Source: Promethearchaeota archaeon (GTDB lineage Archaea > Asgardarchaeota > Lokiarchaeia > Sigyniarchaeales > SOKP01). From it: a stretch of 52,380 bases of DNA. Positions 1 to 9,517 of this stretch are shown in pieces. Below the pieces are notes generated by a model. The model had not been told where the DNA came from. It saw only the letters and a program-made list of their open reading frames with translations, and did not search any database. The translations under genes were made by a program, and so were the position numbers. How positions within the stretch are numbered: position 1 is the first letter of the stretch; every line of letters starts with the position of its first letter. The stretch covers positions 1 to 52,380 of the forward strand of contig JBHLNF010000017.1 of NCBI GenBank assembly GCA_048937405.1, in the 5' to 3' direction.

Positions 1-1760
1 TCTCCAGATTTAACAGTTTTAGATTCTAAATTAGATAAATTTAGAGTTAAATTTTCTAAAAATTTTCGAATAGTTGGATAATTTTGGGCATATAAACTTA
101 ATTGATTTAAATCTTCTATTCTCTCCTGCCAATTATCATATTTAGATTTTAAATGTTCTTCAAGAACTTTTATTAAACTTTTAATCGCTTCAGAGGGATT
201 TTCTTCTGGAGAAAAATCTATTAAATTTTTCACATATGAGATTAAATTTCTTATACCTTCCTTAGATATATGAGCCCCTTTCAACTTTTCAGCATAGAAC
301 ATTTTATTAATCAAAGCATCAATTGGATGTTCTATGTTTGATATTGCTTCGAAAATCTTTGAACCAGAGGTCATTCCAATCCCTTGAATAATTGAAAAGA
401 TTCTAGCCCAAGAAACCTCATCATAAGGATTCTCAATAATTCGTAAATGAGCTAACATATCCTTAATATGAGCTCTTTCAAAAAATGCTACACCTGCTCG
501 AACCTCATAAGGAATATTTTTAGCTCTTAATTCAAGTTCAATCTTAAGTGAATGTGATGCTGCTCGAACTAGTATTGCTATATCTTTTAAATCAAATCCC
601 TCTGCACGTAATTTTAAGATTTGATTTGCAATAAAACGTGCTTGATCACTGTCATCTCCTAAATTCACTTGAAATGGTAAAACTCCTTTATGGCGAGTAG
701 ATCGCATAGCTTTCTTAAATTGATTTTTATTATTTTTAATTGAGTCATTTGCCAAATTTAAGATCTCAGGAATACTTCTGTAATTATAAGTTATTGTAAA
801 TCTCTTGCAATTCTTATTTTTTTCTTCAAATTTCAAGATATTTTGAAAATTAGCACCTCTAAACGCATAAATACTTTGAGCATCATCACCTACTGCCATG
901 ATATTATTTCCTGGGTTACATTTAACTATTTTATGTATAATTTCATCCTGAACGTAATTTGTATCTTGATATTCATCAACAAGAACGAATTTAATATTCT
1001 TAGCAATTAATTGAGCAATAGCTCTCTCATCTAATAATTGGTTCCAATATATTAAAAGGTCATCAAAATCTACTAAGTTGTCTTTTGCTTTTTTAGCCTT
1101 ATAAATCTTGAATACTTCTTCTAACTTCTGTATAGTAGTTTCACTATCAAATTGATTATACTTCCATAATATTAAATCCCTAATCGATTTGTGGCAATTA
1201 AAAGAGTAGGATAAAATATTTTTTGCCATTGTGGAATTAGGAAAACGCTCCTCGATTTCTTTTGCATTAGCTTTTTCTATCGAAAGCTTCATTAAAGTTT
1301 TAGCATCAGTTTCATCCATTATAGTATAGTTTGTTTTTAATCCTAGCATTTTTGCATATTTTCGAATAAACCGATTTGCAATAGAATGAAAAGTTCCAGC
1401 CCAAATTCCTTTAGGTCGTTTACCCAAAAGTGTCTCTACACGCTTAATCATTTCATTAGCGGCTTTATTTGTAAAAGTGACTAACATGATCTCACTTGGT
1501 TTTACACCAGAGGATAGCAATTTAGCCACAGAATATACTATTGTTCTTGTTTTTCCACTACCAGCTCCTGCTATTACTAACATTGGACCATTAATATTAT
1601 TGATAATCTCAAGCTGTTCTTCATTCAGATTATCGTTAAAATTGATTTCTTTAAACTGTTCTTTAAATTCAGTGAATTCTTCTTCTAAAGATTCTGCAAA
1701 ATCTTCATCGTAGAACTCAAATACGTATTCTTCTTCAATTTTCTGTTTCTTGTCGTTCAA
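1..1760 (-). CDS. uvrD: ATP-dependent DNA helicase, UvrD/PcrA/Rep family (SF1); 3' end runs off the window
   Basis: Missing from the ORF track. Manual minus-strand translation from TTG at 1760 gives AGAGSGKT (Walker A), VTFTNKAANEM, GTFHS, VDEYQDTN (Walker B), VGDDAQSIYAFRGA and NYRS motifs. Confidence 0.93.
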   Translation of the reverse strand, partial: MNDKKQKIEEEYVFEFYDEDFAESLEEEFTEFKEQFKEINFNDNLNEEQLEIINNINGPMLVIAGAGSGKTRTIVYSVAKLLSSGVKPSEIMLVTFTNKAANEMIKRVETLLGKRPKGIWAGTFHSIANRFIRKYAKMLGLKTNYTIMDETDAKTLMKLSIEKANAKEIEERFPNSTMAKNILSYSFNCHKSIRDLILWKYNQFDSETTIQKLEEVFKIYKAKKAKDNLVDFDDLLIYWNQLLDERAIAQLIAKNIKFVLVDEYQDTNYVQDEIIHKIVKCNPGNNIMAVGDDAQSIYAFRGANFQNILKFEEKNKNCKRFTITYNYRSIPEILNLANDSIKNNKNQFKKAMRSTRHKGVLPFQVNLGDDSDQARFIANQILKLRAEGFDLKDIAILVRAASHSLKIELELRAKNIPYEVRAGVAFFERAHIKDMLAHLRIIENPYDEVSWARIFSIIQGIGMTSGSKIFEAISNIEHPIDALINKMFYAEKLKGAHISKEGIRNLISYVKNLIDFSPEENPSEAIKSLIKVLEEHLKSKYDNWQERIEDLNQLSLYAQNYPTIRKFLENLTLNLSNLESKTVKSG

Positions 1761-1934
1761 ATTTTAACTCTTTATTAATATACATTTAATGTTTTCAATA
1801 GATTTTTATTTCAAACCAGATAATCCATAAAATGTATCTTTATTGCTTTAATTTTTTGAAAATATCTCGTTAATAAATGATAAAATAAAAGATAACTAAA
1901 AAATAGTTCATGTGAGGGAATTTATTAAATTTCT

Positions 1935-2228
1935 TTATGCAAGACCAACTAATAGTTTAAAAGCAATAGTTTCATCTTGTTCATCCACAGATGTAATACT
2001 GTAAGTAATATCATATTTATCTCTAATATGGGGTGCTAATTGTGCAGAAATGAATTTCATTCTGGCATTCGTTTTTTTTCCTTCCCAAATCCACACTTTA
2101 CCCTCATGAGAATCAACAAAAAGCAAAATTTTATTTGAATCTAATATTTCAAACAATGGAACATTTTCCTTCAATTCAAGTTGTTCAAAATCATCTAATT
2201 CTTCGTTTAGCTGATAAACAGATATCAA
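1935..2228 (-). CDS. Single-domain gelsolin/villin-like protein (Asgard actin-regulator family)
   Basis: LDSNKILLFVD...VWIWEGKKTN..MKF.SAQLA...VDEQDET..F matches the gelsolin repeat pattern (LdS.d.fild...iyvW.Gk.s...ek..a...a; v.eg.E...F). Confidence 0.8.
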   Translation of the reverse strand: MISVYQLNEELDDFEQLELKENVPLFEILDSNKILLFVDSHEGKVWIWEGKKTNARMKFISAQLAPHIRDKYDITYSITSVDEQDETIAFKLLVGLA

Positions 2229-2439
2229 AATCTTTTCACTTAATTGTCTTGGTAGATATATATTATTATCTTAATCGCATTAATTTATAAATCTTTAACC
2301 TTTTGAATTAAATTTCTTGGAAATTTCTGTGGATTTATAGAAGATAATTATCTAGTTTAACTAAATTTTAACAAATAGACAATATGTAAATTATAAGATT
2401 AGCTAAATAAATTGCCAATAAGGTGAATTATTGACAAAA

Positions 2440-2817
2440 TTAAAAATCATTTTGGAATTTTCTTCTTCGTAAGGTTGAAATAAGATGCCCTCTGGAAAGA
2501 AGTTGGATTCCAAATTGGGAACTATATTCTCGAGAAAAATCAGTAATGACGTTGCAAACCATAATTCCACCTTCAAAATTAGTATCAATACATGCTTTAT
2601 GAAGTTGTCTTAATTGAGTAATTGAGATTTCTCTTTTCCAGTCTCGTATGAATACTCCAAATGAACTAAGATTGTTTTTTATAACTGCATCAAAAGTCCA
2701 AGACTTGCCAGATTTTCCTTTATTTTGTACTGGTCCTTCTATAAACTCATATTTTTCAGAAAAAACATTCTTAGCTAAATCAACTAAAGGTCTATTCCCC
2801 AATGACACTTCAAACAC
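2440..2817 (-). CDS. Restriction-endonuclease-like (Mrr_cat / PD-(D/E)XK fold) protein
   Basis: GKSGKSWTFDAVI, GIMVC...FS...GIQLL pattern typical of archaeal Mrr-like domains. The ExK motif is replaced by FIRDWK. Confidence 0.6.
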   Translation of the reverse strand: MFEVSLGNRPLVDLAKNVFSEKYEFIEGPVQNKGKSGKSWTFDAVIKNNLSSFGVFIRDWKREISITQLRQLHKACIDTNFEGGIMVCNVITDFSREYSSQFGIQLLSRGHLISTLRRRKFQNDF

Positions 2818-2981
2818 TAATTTTCTATATTATATATATATTATATCAATATTTATCCAAATATTATTTAAGATAATATATTACCTCTGTAACATGTTTT
2901 CCTATGCATTATTTAATCAGAATAAAAACAAGCGACAAAAATTTCTTGATAAAACCTTTATTCATAAAAAATTCAATATAA

Positions 2982-3788
2982 TTAGGAATTGCTACAGAAA
3001 ACATTCAACTTATAAAATGGATAAGCGCCTTCATTATCAGGACCATTTTTCTGTATAAATCTGTATACATTTTGTTGTAAAAAGTCTAATAATCCTTGAA
3101 TTACTTTATCACAAATGGATTTACACTCCAAATAATTGAATCCACAACCTTCATTGTATTTTTCACAAAATTTTTTTATTTGTAATGAAATACCTTGAGC
3201 AGATAAAGGGATTAAAAAATCCCAGGTGTCTTTAAAACCCGCCATTTGACTTGGAGGGATTTGTTTTAGTAATCCTATTAAATGCATTTTAGAAGAATTA
3301 TGATTAAAACGTTTTTTAATTCCTTTAAGTTCTTTCTTGGCTTCAAGTTGACAAAGAAATATATAATAATGGAGTAATCTTTCAGCTTCCTTTGTTTTTT
3401 CAGGATCAATTATCTTCCAGCCATTAGCTTTTTTACAACTTATCTTTTTATTATCTAGATTAAAAAAATTCGTAGGATAAATCCAACATTGAGGGGGTTT
3501 AATTCCTGAATTATGAACTTCACACCCATTAATTTTCTTATTATATAAAAAACATTTTCCTGTTTTATTATCAAACCTTAATTTAAAGCTAAAAACATCG
3601 CCCCTAACGAAATCATCTTTAGTTGCATATCCTTTTTCAATATACTTTTGTGCTAAAACTTTGGGAACATTGATTTTAATTGAACAACAATCACTATGGC
3701 ATATTGATAAACAATCTGGTCCCTCAATTGCCGAACTCATTAGTTCATTGAATCTCCTGACAACTTGCCAAAATTTGTCGTTAACCAC
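2982..3788 (-). CDS. YkgJ / CxxCxxCC-family cysteine-cluster (Zn/Fe) protein
   Basis: CLSICHSDCC, KCFLY, GCEVH...KPPQCWIYP, plus further C-terminal cysteines. Confidence 0.75.
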   Translation of the reverse strand: MVNDKFWQVVRRFNELMSSAIEGPDCLSICHSDCCSIKINVPKVLAQKYIEKGYATKDDFVRGDVFSFKLRFDNKTGKCFLYNKKINGCEVHNSGIKPPQCWIYPTNFFNLDNKKISCKKANGWKIIDPEKTKEAERLLHYYIFLCQLEAKKELKGIKKRFNHNSSKMHLIGLLKQIPPSQMAGFKDTWDFLIPLSAQGISLQIKKFCEKYNEGCGFNYLECKSICDKVIQGLLDFLQQNVYRFIQKNGPDNEGAYPFYKLNVFCSNS

Positions 3789-3979
3789 AGTTATATAAAT
3801 TGCTATAATTATGTTTCTAACTCATCAATATTGATTATCAATTATAAAATTATATTAAAAACATTGTGGTTTAGGTAAACTTTATATTTTCTTACTTTAT
3901 TATTATGTAAAATTTTGACAACAAAATTTGTATAAAAATTTTCTTAATTTAAATAATAAAAATATGAGAAGAGTATCGA

Positions 3980-6091
3980 ATGTCAGAAAATCTTATAGTC
4001 ATAGATATTACTGATGAAGAACACGTTGTTCTCGACGGTTCACAGAATATTAAAGAAATCTCAGGTAAAGGAACTTTACTTGTGAAAAATCCGACACAAA
4101 GAAGTAGATTATGGAATTTAATATCTAATGTTAAAGAGAATGTAAATACATCTTTGGATTCAAAAGAACTCACAGTAGGGACGCTAAATCCCACCCAAAA
4201 TTTTTCTCAAAAATATGAAATAAAAGAACTTAAAGAATCATCTTTAAAAATCCAAGAAATTTTTGATACAGACAGATCAGATTCTGGTAAAGTAAACAAT
4301 GCATTTCTCTACAAATTTGATAATAAATGCAGTTTAAAACTCATTCTTACAAATCCTTTGAATTTACCTATCCTAGATATAAAAGTTAAAAGGGATATGC
4401 CAGCATTTATTCAAGAAATTGAAATGAGAAATCCATCCGTTGGTGATGCCTCATTGAAGGAAGAAGATGGTAAACGAATACTTTCTTGGGAGTTAACTTC
4501 TCTAGAAGCAGGAAATAACGCAGAACTTGAGATTTTCTTTACAGTGAATATAAAAGAATTAGGGTCTCAAGAATTGGGGAGTTTAATTGTGAACTATTTA
4601 ATCAACAATTACAAATTGACGTTGATGAATCCTGAAATAAGAGGACTTACAGATTCGATGAGTGGAATAGATAGAGATGAGAGCTCTCAACCTGGTATGT
4701 GGGATTGTAATGTTGAATTTATCAATGAATCTAGTTTTCAAGTGAAACTTGAAGATGTAAAGGTATCTCAAACAATTGCGACAGGAGCTGAAACAGTAGT
4801 ATCCCAAACTCCTGATAGAGTCCTAAATCCTGACGAATCTTGGGATTTTAATTTTCAAGTTGAAGCTAAAGATGTACCAGAACTAAGTTCTGAAATTGGA
4901 TTTACACCATTGTTTGTAGTGATTCCAAGAGTTATTGGTGAAATTATTAAAGAATCTACGGTTTATACGGTATTAAGTGCTACTATTGATAAAGCCATAA
5001 ATCCTCCAGAAGTTGATGCATATGCTAATACTGATATGTCAATAATTAATATGATAGTAAATGATGGATCCTCAAATATCGATAAATTTTTCTTGTCGGA
5101 TGATCTCCCACCAGATTTTATTCCTCCTTTAGTTAAAAATATAAAAATCGAGTTAGAAGGAATTGATATTAGTTCAAGAGAAGAATTTGTCCAGAAAATA
5201 TTAATTGATCCGAGTGACCAAGATTTTTCTAAAAAACATCAGATATTTGTTGAATTATATAATCTTGCTAATGAATTTATTCCGGGAAAAAAACTGGTTA
5301 TTTCCTACCCTCTATTAGCAAGAAATCCTAGACCACCAACTGAAACAAAATATATGACTCCTGTTAAAATTGACATTAATTCTCCTGTAGAAGGACCTTC
5401 ATTTGTTAGATCACCTGATGAGGAACCTGAATTAAAGGTAAAATATGTTAAACGAAAATTGAAAACACTTAAAAGTATTAAACCTGGACTTACTGAAGGA
5501 GAATTTAGTATAGGTGTAAGAGTTCAAAACAAAGGAGATGTCGAATTAGAGAATGTTTTAGTTAAGGATATAATACCATCTGGGTTTAGCTTAACTGAAT
5601 TTACACCTCCGGAGGGTGCAACTCATGAACTGGTACAAGTTGGTGATTTATCAGAACTTCATGTAAAAGTGCTTGAGATAAAAGGAGGTTCTTCTGTTAG
5701 TATTAACTATAATTGCTCTGGTTCTGGTGATTATCCTCGATCAGAACCGGTTATTGTAGTTTTAGGTAGAGGTGGAGGTGAATCATCAAATCCTTCAGGA
5801 GCACCTCCCGCAGGGACAGAAACACCAAAAGCACATGTAGCCGACTCTCAAGCGGGTAAGTTACATGATATTTTTATCGATTTATATAAAGCTGTGGATC
5901 GTGCTCCAACAGGAGAAGTTTTTGGAAATCTACTAGAGAGGAGAAAAGATGAATTTCCACCAGGTCCAGTTCTACATCAAATAATCGCATTTGCAAAGGA
6001 ATTAAAAGCTCTTGGCGATAAGATTATTGTAGGATCGTTATATGATGATGTAATGAATAAATTAAAGGATTTTAAAAACAAATATAGTTAA
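3980..6091 (+). CDS. Cytoplasmic multi-beta-sandwich protein (about five Ig/DUF11-like or mu-homology-like domains plus a helical C-terminal domain)
   Basis: 703-aa ORF with no signal peptide or TM segment. Repeated 'N.g...l..v.v.D.iP.gF' and 'l.pg.s....y' motifs, and a G/S/P linker before the C-terminal helices. Confidence 0.6.
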   Translation: MSENLIVIDITDEEHVVLDGSQNIKEISGKGTLLVKNPTQRSRLWNLISNVKENVNTSLDSKELTVGTLNPTQNFSQKYEIKELKESSLKIQEIFDTDRSDSGKVNNAFLYKFDNKCSLKLILTNPLNLPILDIKVKRDMPAFIQEIEMRNPSVGDASLKEEDGKRILSWELTSLEAGNNAELEIFFTVNIKELGSQELGSLIVNYLINNYKLTLMNPEIRGLTDSMSGIDRDESSQPGMWDCNVEFINESSFQVKLEDVKVSQTIATGAETVVSQTPDRVLNPDESWDFNFQVEAKDVPELSSEIGFTPLFVVIPRVIGEIIKESTVYTVLSATIDKAINPPEVDAYANTDMSIINMIVNDGSSNIDKFFLSDDLPPDFIPPLVKNIKIELEGIDISSREEFVQKILIDPSDQDFSKKHQIFVELYNLANEFIPGKKLVISYPLLARNPRPPTETKYMTPVKIDINSPVEGPSFVRSPDEEPELKVKYVKRKLKTLKSIKPGLTEGEFSIGVRVQNKGDVELENVLVKDIIPSGFSLTEFTPPEGATHELVQVGDLSELHVKVLEIKGGSSVSINYNCSGSGDYPRSEPVIVVLGRGGGESSNPSGAPPAGTETPKAHVADSQAGKLHDIFIDLYKAVDRAPTGEVFGNLLERRKDEFPPGPVLHQIIAFAKELKALGDKIIVGSLYDDVMNKLKDFKNKYS

Positions 6092-6203
6092 TTTTTTAAA
6101 ATTTTATTCTCAATTTTTTTTCTATTTTTAATGAGATTTGATTTAAAATAGATTGACTATTAAAAATACTCACTTTATAAAAAAGGATTAAATAAAGGTT
6201 AAT

Positions 6204-6563
6204 TTATAAATAGATATTTAGTTTATCAACATCTTTTTGTATTCTTGAAATACGCTTCTCTTGGCCTTCCTCATCGAATCCTTGTATATCTTCTTCTAAA
6301 GTCAGTTGTTCTTCTTCATATGCTTTTTCCACCTCCATTCCATATCTAATCGCAAAAGCGACTAATTCTGGAATGAGAGAAACCATGGCTCTGAAACTAA
6401 AAATACCTGCTAATAAAGAAAGCCTATCTAACATCTCTCCAAAAGGATCTAATTCTATTTCTGGTTTTCTCATTATGTCTAATATTCTTTTAAATAGTAC
6501 TTCATAAAATAACTCTTGTTCTTCTTTACTTAATTTTTCTTCTTCTTCTCCCATTTGTGACAA
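6204..6563 (-). CDS. Hypothetical acidic helical protein
   Basis: 119-aa ORF with normal composition; GAGG immediately upstream. Confidence 0.65.
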   Translation of the reverse strand: MSQMGEEEEKLSKEEQELFYEVLFKRILDIMRKPEIELDPFGEMLDRLSLLAGIFSFRAMVSLIPELVAFAIRYGMEVEKAYEEEQLTLEEDIQGFDEEGQEKRISRIQKDVDKLNIYL

Positions 6564-6988
6564 ACCTCGAATTTTATTTAATAATATTAAAATAAGAAAT
6601 AAATTTAATTAATTTCAATTAATATTCATTTAAGGAAGTTTTATAAAATATTAAGTTTTATGAATACAATGTAGTAAGATCTTACTGTCTTTTATGATAG
6701 GATAAGTAAGAAGTTAGATTATGTTCCTACTCTTTTTTAATATTTATGAATGGATTTTATTATTGAATATAGTTATGATTTTATGAATAATGTAAAAATT
6801 GATTCATATGTTATTTTTTTATAGATTCCAATCAGAAATGTAAAAGATTTTATAAATGTTATATGAAAAAATGATAATAATATAAAATTTCTTTTAGGTC
6901 ATTAAGAATAATAAATATTAATAATATATTGAGAGATTAATTTATAAAAATTAACTTTAATAAACAAGAAAATAGGTTTGAGAATTTT

Positions 6989-7639
6989 ATGCTAATAATA
7001 ATAATCATCGTTTTAATTTTGATCTTTTTATTTAATTTTATAGCTTATTGGATAATATGCTTAAAACAAAAACATCAAATGAGTAAATCTTATGAGTTAT
7101 ATAAAAAGATCTTCCCTATAATTTGGATGGTTTCTATTTTTCTAATTCCCGTTCTAAATTCAAGTTTTTTTGAACCATTTTTTTATATAAATGTTAGTTA
7201 TTTTCGGCAATATTGGCCGTGGTTCTTTTTAATAGGAATAATCACAATTATTTTCGGAATTAAGATAAATTCATTAGCAATAAAATCATTAAAAATAGTA
7301 ATAAACGGTAATGAGTCTCCAAAATTAATAGTAAAAGGCGTTTATGAAATAGTTAGACATCCTCAATATTTTTCTTGGTTTTTAATGTATTTTGGTATTA
7401 CCTTTATATTTGATTCCCTTATTGCACTGATAATTTCTCCGATTTTATTTATTTTGACAGATAGATTGTGTCTTCTAGAAGAAAAATATTTGCTTATCCC
7501 AAAATTTGATATGAAATATGATCAATACAAGAATAAAACGCCATATCGATTGATATCACCACCCTATAATTATATATTTATAATTATGGGACTTATTGTA
7601 GTATATATAGGAATCAGTAATTATTTTAATCTACAATAG
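6989..7639 (+). CDS. Isoprenylcysteine carboxyl methyltransferase / PEMT-family membrane methyltransferase
   Basis: Multiple TM helices, LIVKGVYEIVRHPQY motif, downstream EEKYL and Y..Y...TP. Confidence 0.8.
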   Translation: MLIIIIIVLILIFLFNFIAYWIICLKQKHQMSKSYELYKKIFPIIWMVSIFLIPVLNSSFFEPFFYINVSYFRQYWPWFFLIGIITIIFGIKINSLAIKSLKIVINGNESPKLIVKGVYEIVRHPQYFSWFLMYFGITFIFDSLIALIISPILFILTDRLCLLEEKYLLIPKFDMKYDQYKNKTPYRLISPPYNYIFIIMGLIVVYIGISNYFNLQ

Positions 7640-7657
7640 ATATTGAGTTGATAAAAA

Positions 7658-8164
7658 ATTAAAATAGCAATTTTAGCTACAGATGGATATGAAGATCTTG
7701 AACTTCATTATCCGCGTATTAGATTGAATGAAGCAGGGTATGATACAGAACTAATTAGTTTGTATAAAAGAGAAATCAAAGGGAAACACGGATATCCAAT
7801 CATACCTGATAAATTAATAAGGGACGCAAATCCCAATGATTATGATGGTGTAATAATCCCTGGTGGGACAAAAAATCCCGATTATCTTAGAAGAGATGAA
7901 AATGTTCTTGAATTTGTTTCACAAATCAATGAACAGGGAAAACTAGTAGCTGCTATTTGTCATGCTGGTTGGGTTTTAATTTCTGCTAAAATTCTTAAAG
8001 GACGTAAAGCTACTAGTTATTTTGCAATAAAGGATGATATGGTGAATGCAGGTGTTCGCTTCGAAGATGCTTCAGTAGTTATTGACAATAATTTAATTAC
8101 TTCACGGATACCAAGTGATCTACCTGATTTTATGAAAGCAGTTTTAAATTTTCTGAAAAAATAA
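7658..8164 (+). CDS. pfpI: PfpI/DJ-1 family (type 1 glutamine amidotransferase-like) protease/deglycase
   Basis: YDGVIIPGG, AAICHAG (catalytic Cys-His), NLITSR.P.DL. The conserved N-terminus KIAILATDGYEDLEL lies in frame upstream of the track's TTG (7724), back to ATT at 7658; an in-frame TAA sits at 7652. Confidence 0.9.
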   Translation: MKIAILATDGYEDLELHYPRIRLNEAGYDTELISLYKREIKGKHGYPIIPDKLIRDANPNDYDGVIIPGGTKNPDYLRRDENVLEFVSQINEQGKLVAAICHAGWVLISAKILKGRKATSYFAIKDDMVNAGVRFEDASVVIDNNLITSRIPSDLPDFMKAVLNFLKK

Positions 8165-8194
8165 CAAGTATATTTTAGATAAAATTTAGATCAT

Positions 8195-9418
8195 TTAATG
8201 TAGAGTTTTAACCCTTTGAATATTTTCTTTAAGAAGTTCTAAAAATACATTAATTTCTTCAATCTGTCTATTTAATAATTCAATTTTTTTATCAATAATT
8301 CCTTGATCTGACACTTCTTCTTTTTGTAACTCTTTTCTTATAATAATGTATGATCTTATTTGATTTAAGATAGTTTGCATTCTTTTAATCTTAATTTGAT
8401 ATATTTTTTTATATTTTTTTAAATCTTCAAGCCTTATTTCAATTGTTTCAATATGAGTAAAACATCTATCTGTATCTTCCTCTTTCTTTAAATCTTTTAA
8501 AGTTAATGTAATCTCTTTTAAATAAGCCATTACTAAATTTTTTTGTTCCTCATCTATTGATTCTAATTTAAAATGGGAATCATCTGAAATTTCATCCACA
8601 ATTTCTGAAGTATATTTAATGTGAATTCTATTCGATTGAATTCTTGTTATGGAGTCTAATTCGGTAGATTTATCTGATAATTCAGATTCATCAAAATCTG
8701 TTATTAATTCTAAATTATCTAACTCTAATTGAGTAATTAAAGGAGAAAATTTAACTTGAAGCTGTTTCTTTCCAAAATACTCATCATTTTGTCGAAGGAT
8801 TTGAGTATACATTTGGATAATTTCTGGACCAATTGGTGCAAATAAGACACCCCCATTCTGGTCGAGTTGATTTAATAAAGAATTTATTCTTGATTGTTCA
8901 ATAGCTCCAGTTACCAAGATTTTTTGCCAAGGACTTAATTCAGGCATTCCATTAAGAGGATTCTTAACGATGATTGATATGTTATCATCAAAATCTAATT
9001 TTTTTAAATTATCAGAAGTAATTTTAGCGATTTCAGAATTTGCCTCAAGAATTATTATTTCACCTTTAGGTGCTAATTTATGTGCTAAAGCTGCAATATA
9101 TCCGCTTTTAGCCCCCAATATTAGTAGATCATCATCTTCCGTCAGAGAAAGGCCTTGAAGCATTATACTTATCATATGTGGGGCAGAAATCGTTCTATAG
9201 CTGTTAGGATTTTGCTCATCATAATAAAATAAATTTGGTACATCCTCATAAAGTCGTACTACTTTAAGAAATCTATCTGGAATGAATTGTTCTAAGGGAA
9301 CATCCATAAATGCTTTTATTAAACGCTTATCCTTTAAGATTTCATTTACAATTAAGGAGTCTATTAAATGCTTTTTCTTTACTTTAAGTTTATCCTTGAA
9401 TCTTTCGTTTCTGTCCAA
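8195..9418 (-). CDS. pcm: Protein-L-isoaspartate O-methyltransferase-like domain fused to a C-terminal coiled-coil region
   Basis: AFMDVP...F, TISAPHM, GY.AAL, KILVTGA, QL..GG.L.APIG and VKFSPL. The SAM motif is degenerate (LILGAKSGY); long acidic/coiled-coil tail. Confidence 0.75.
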   Translation of the reverse strand: MDRNERFKDKLKVKKKHLIDSLIVNEILKDKRLIKAFMDVPLEQFIPDRFLKVVRLYEDVPNLFYYDEQNPNSYRTISAPHMISIMLQGLSLTEDDDLLILGAKSGYIAALAHKLAPKGEIIILEANSEIAKITSDNLKKLDFDDNISIIVKNPLNGMPELSPWQKILVTGAIEQSRINSLLNQLDQNGGVLFAPIGPEIIQMYTQILRQNDEYFGKKQLQVKFSPLITQLELDNLELITDFDESELSDKSTELDSITRIQSNRIHIKYTSEIVDEISDDSHFKLESIDEEQKNLVMAYLKEITLTLKDLKKEEDTDRCFTHIETIEIRLEDLKKYKKIYQIKIKRMQTILNQIRSYIIIRKELQKEEVSDQGIIDKKIELLNRQIEEINVFLELLKENIQRVKTLH

Positions 9419-9517
9419 ATTATATCAGTCACTTTTTATATTAAAAAAATAATATAAAAACAAATTATTAAATTTTGTTTTAATAATTCTAAACTGTTCT
9501 AATCACAATATATTAAT

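Noticed and set aside
1477-1713. Track ORF on the + strand, and the other short antisense/overlapping ORFs (e.g. 2648-3058, 11287-11631, 19154-19564, 30326-30622, 42350-42918, 46579-47379, 51412-51956)
   Set aside because: They are shadows of well-supported genes on the opposite strand or in another frame, with no recognisable motifs.
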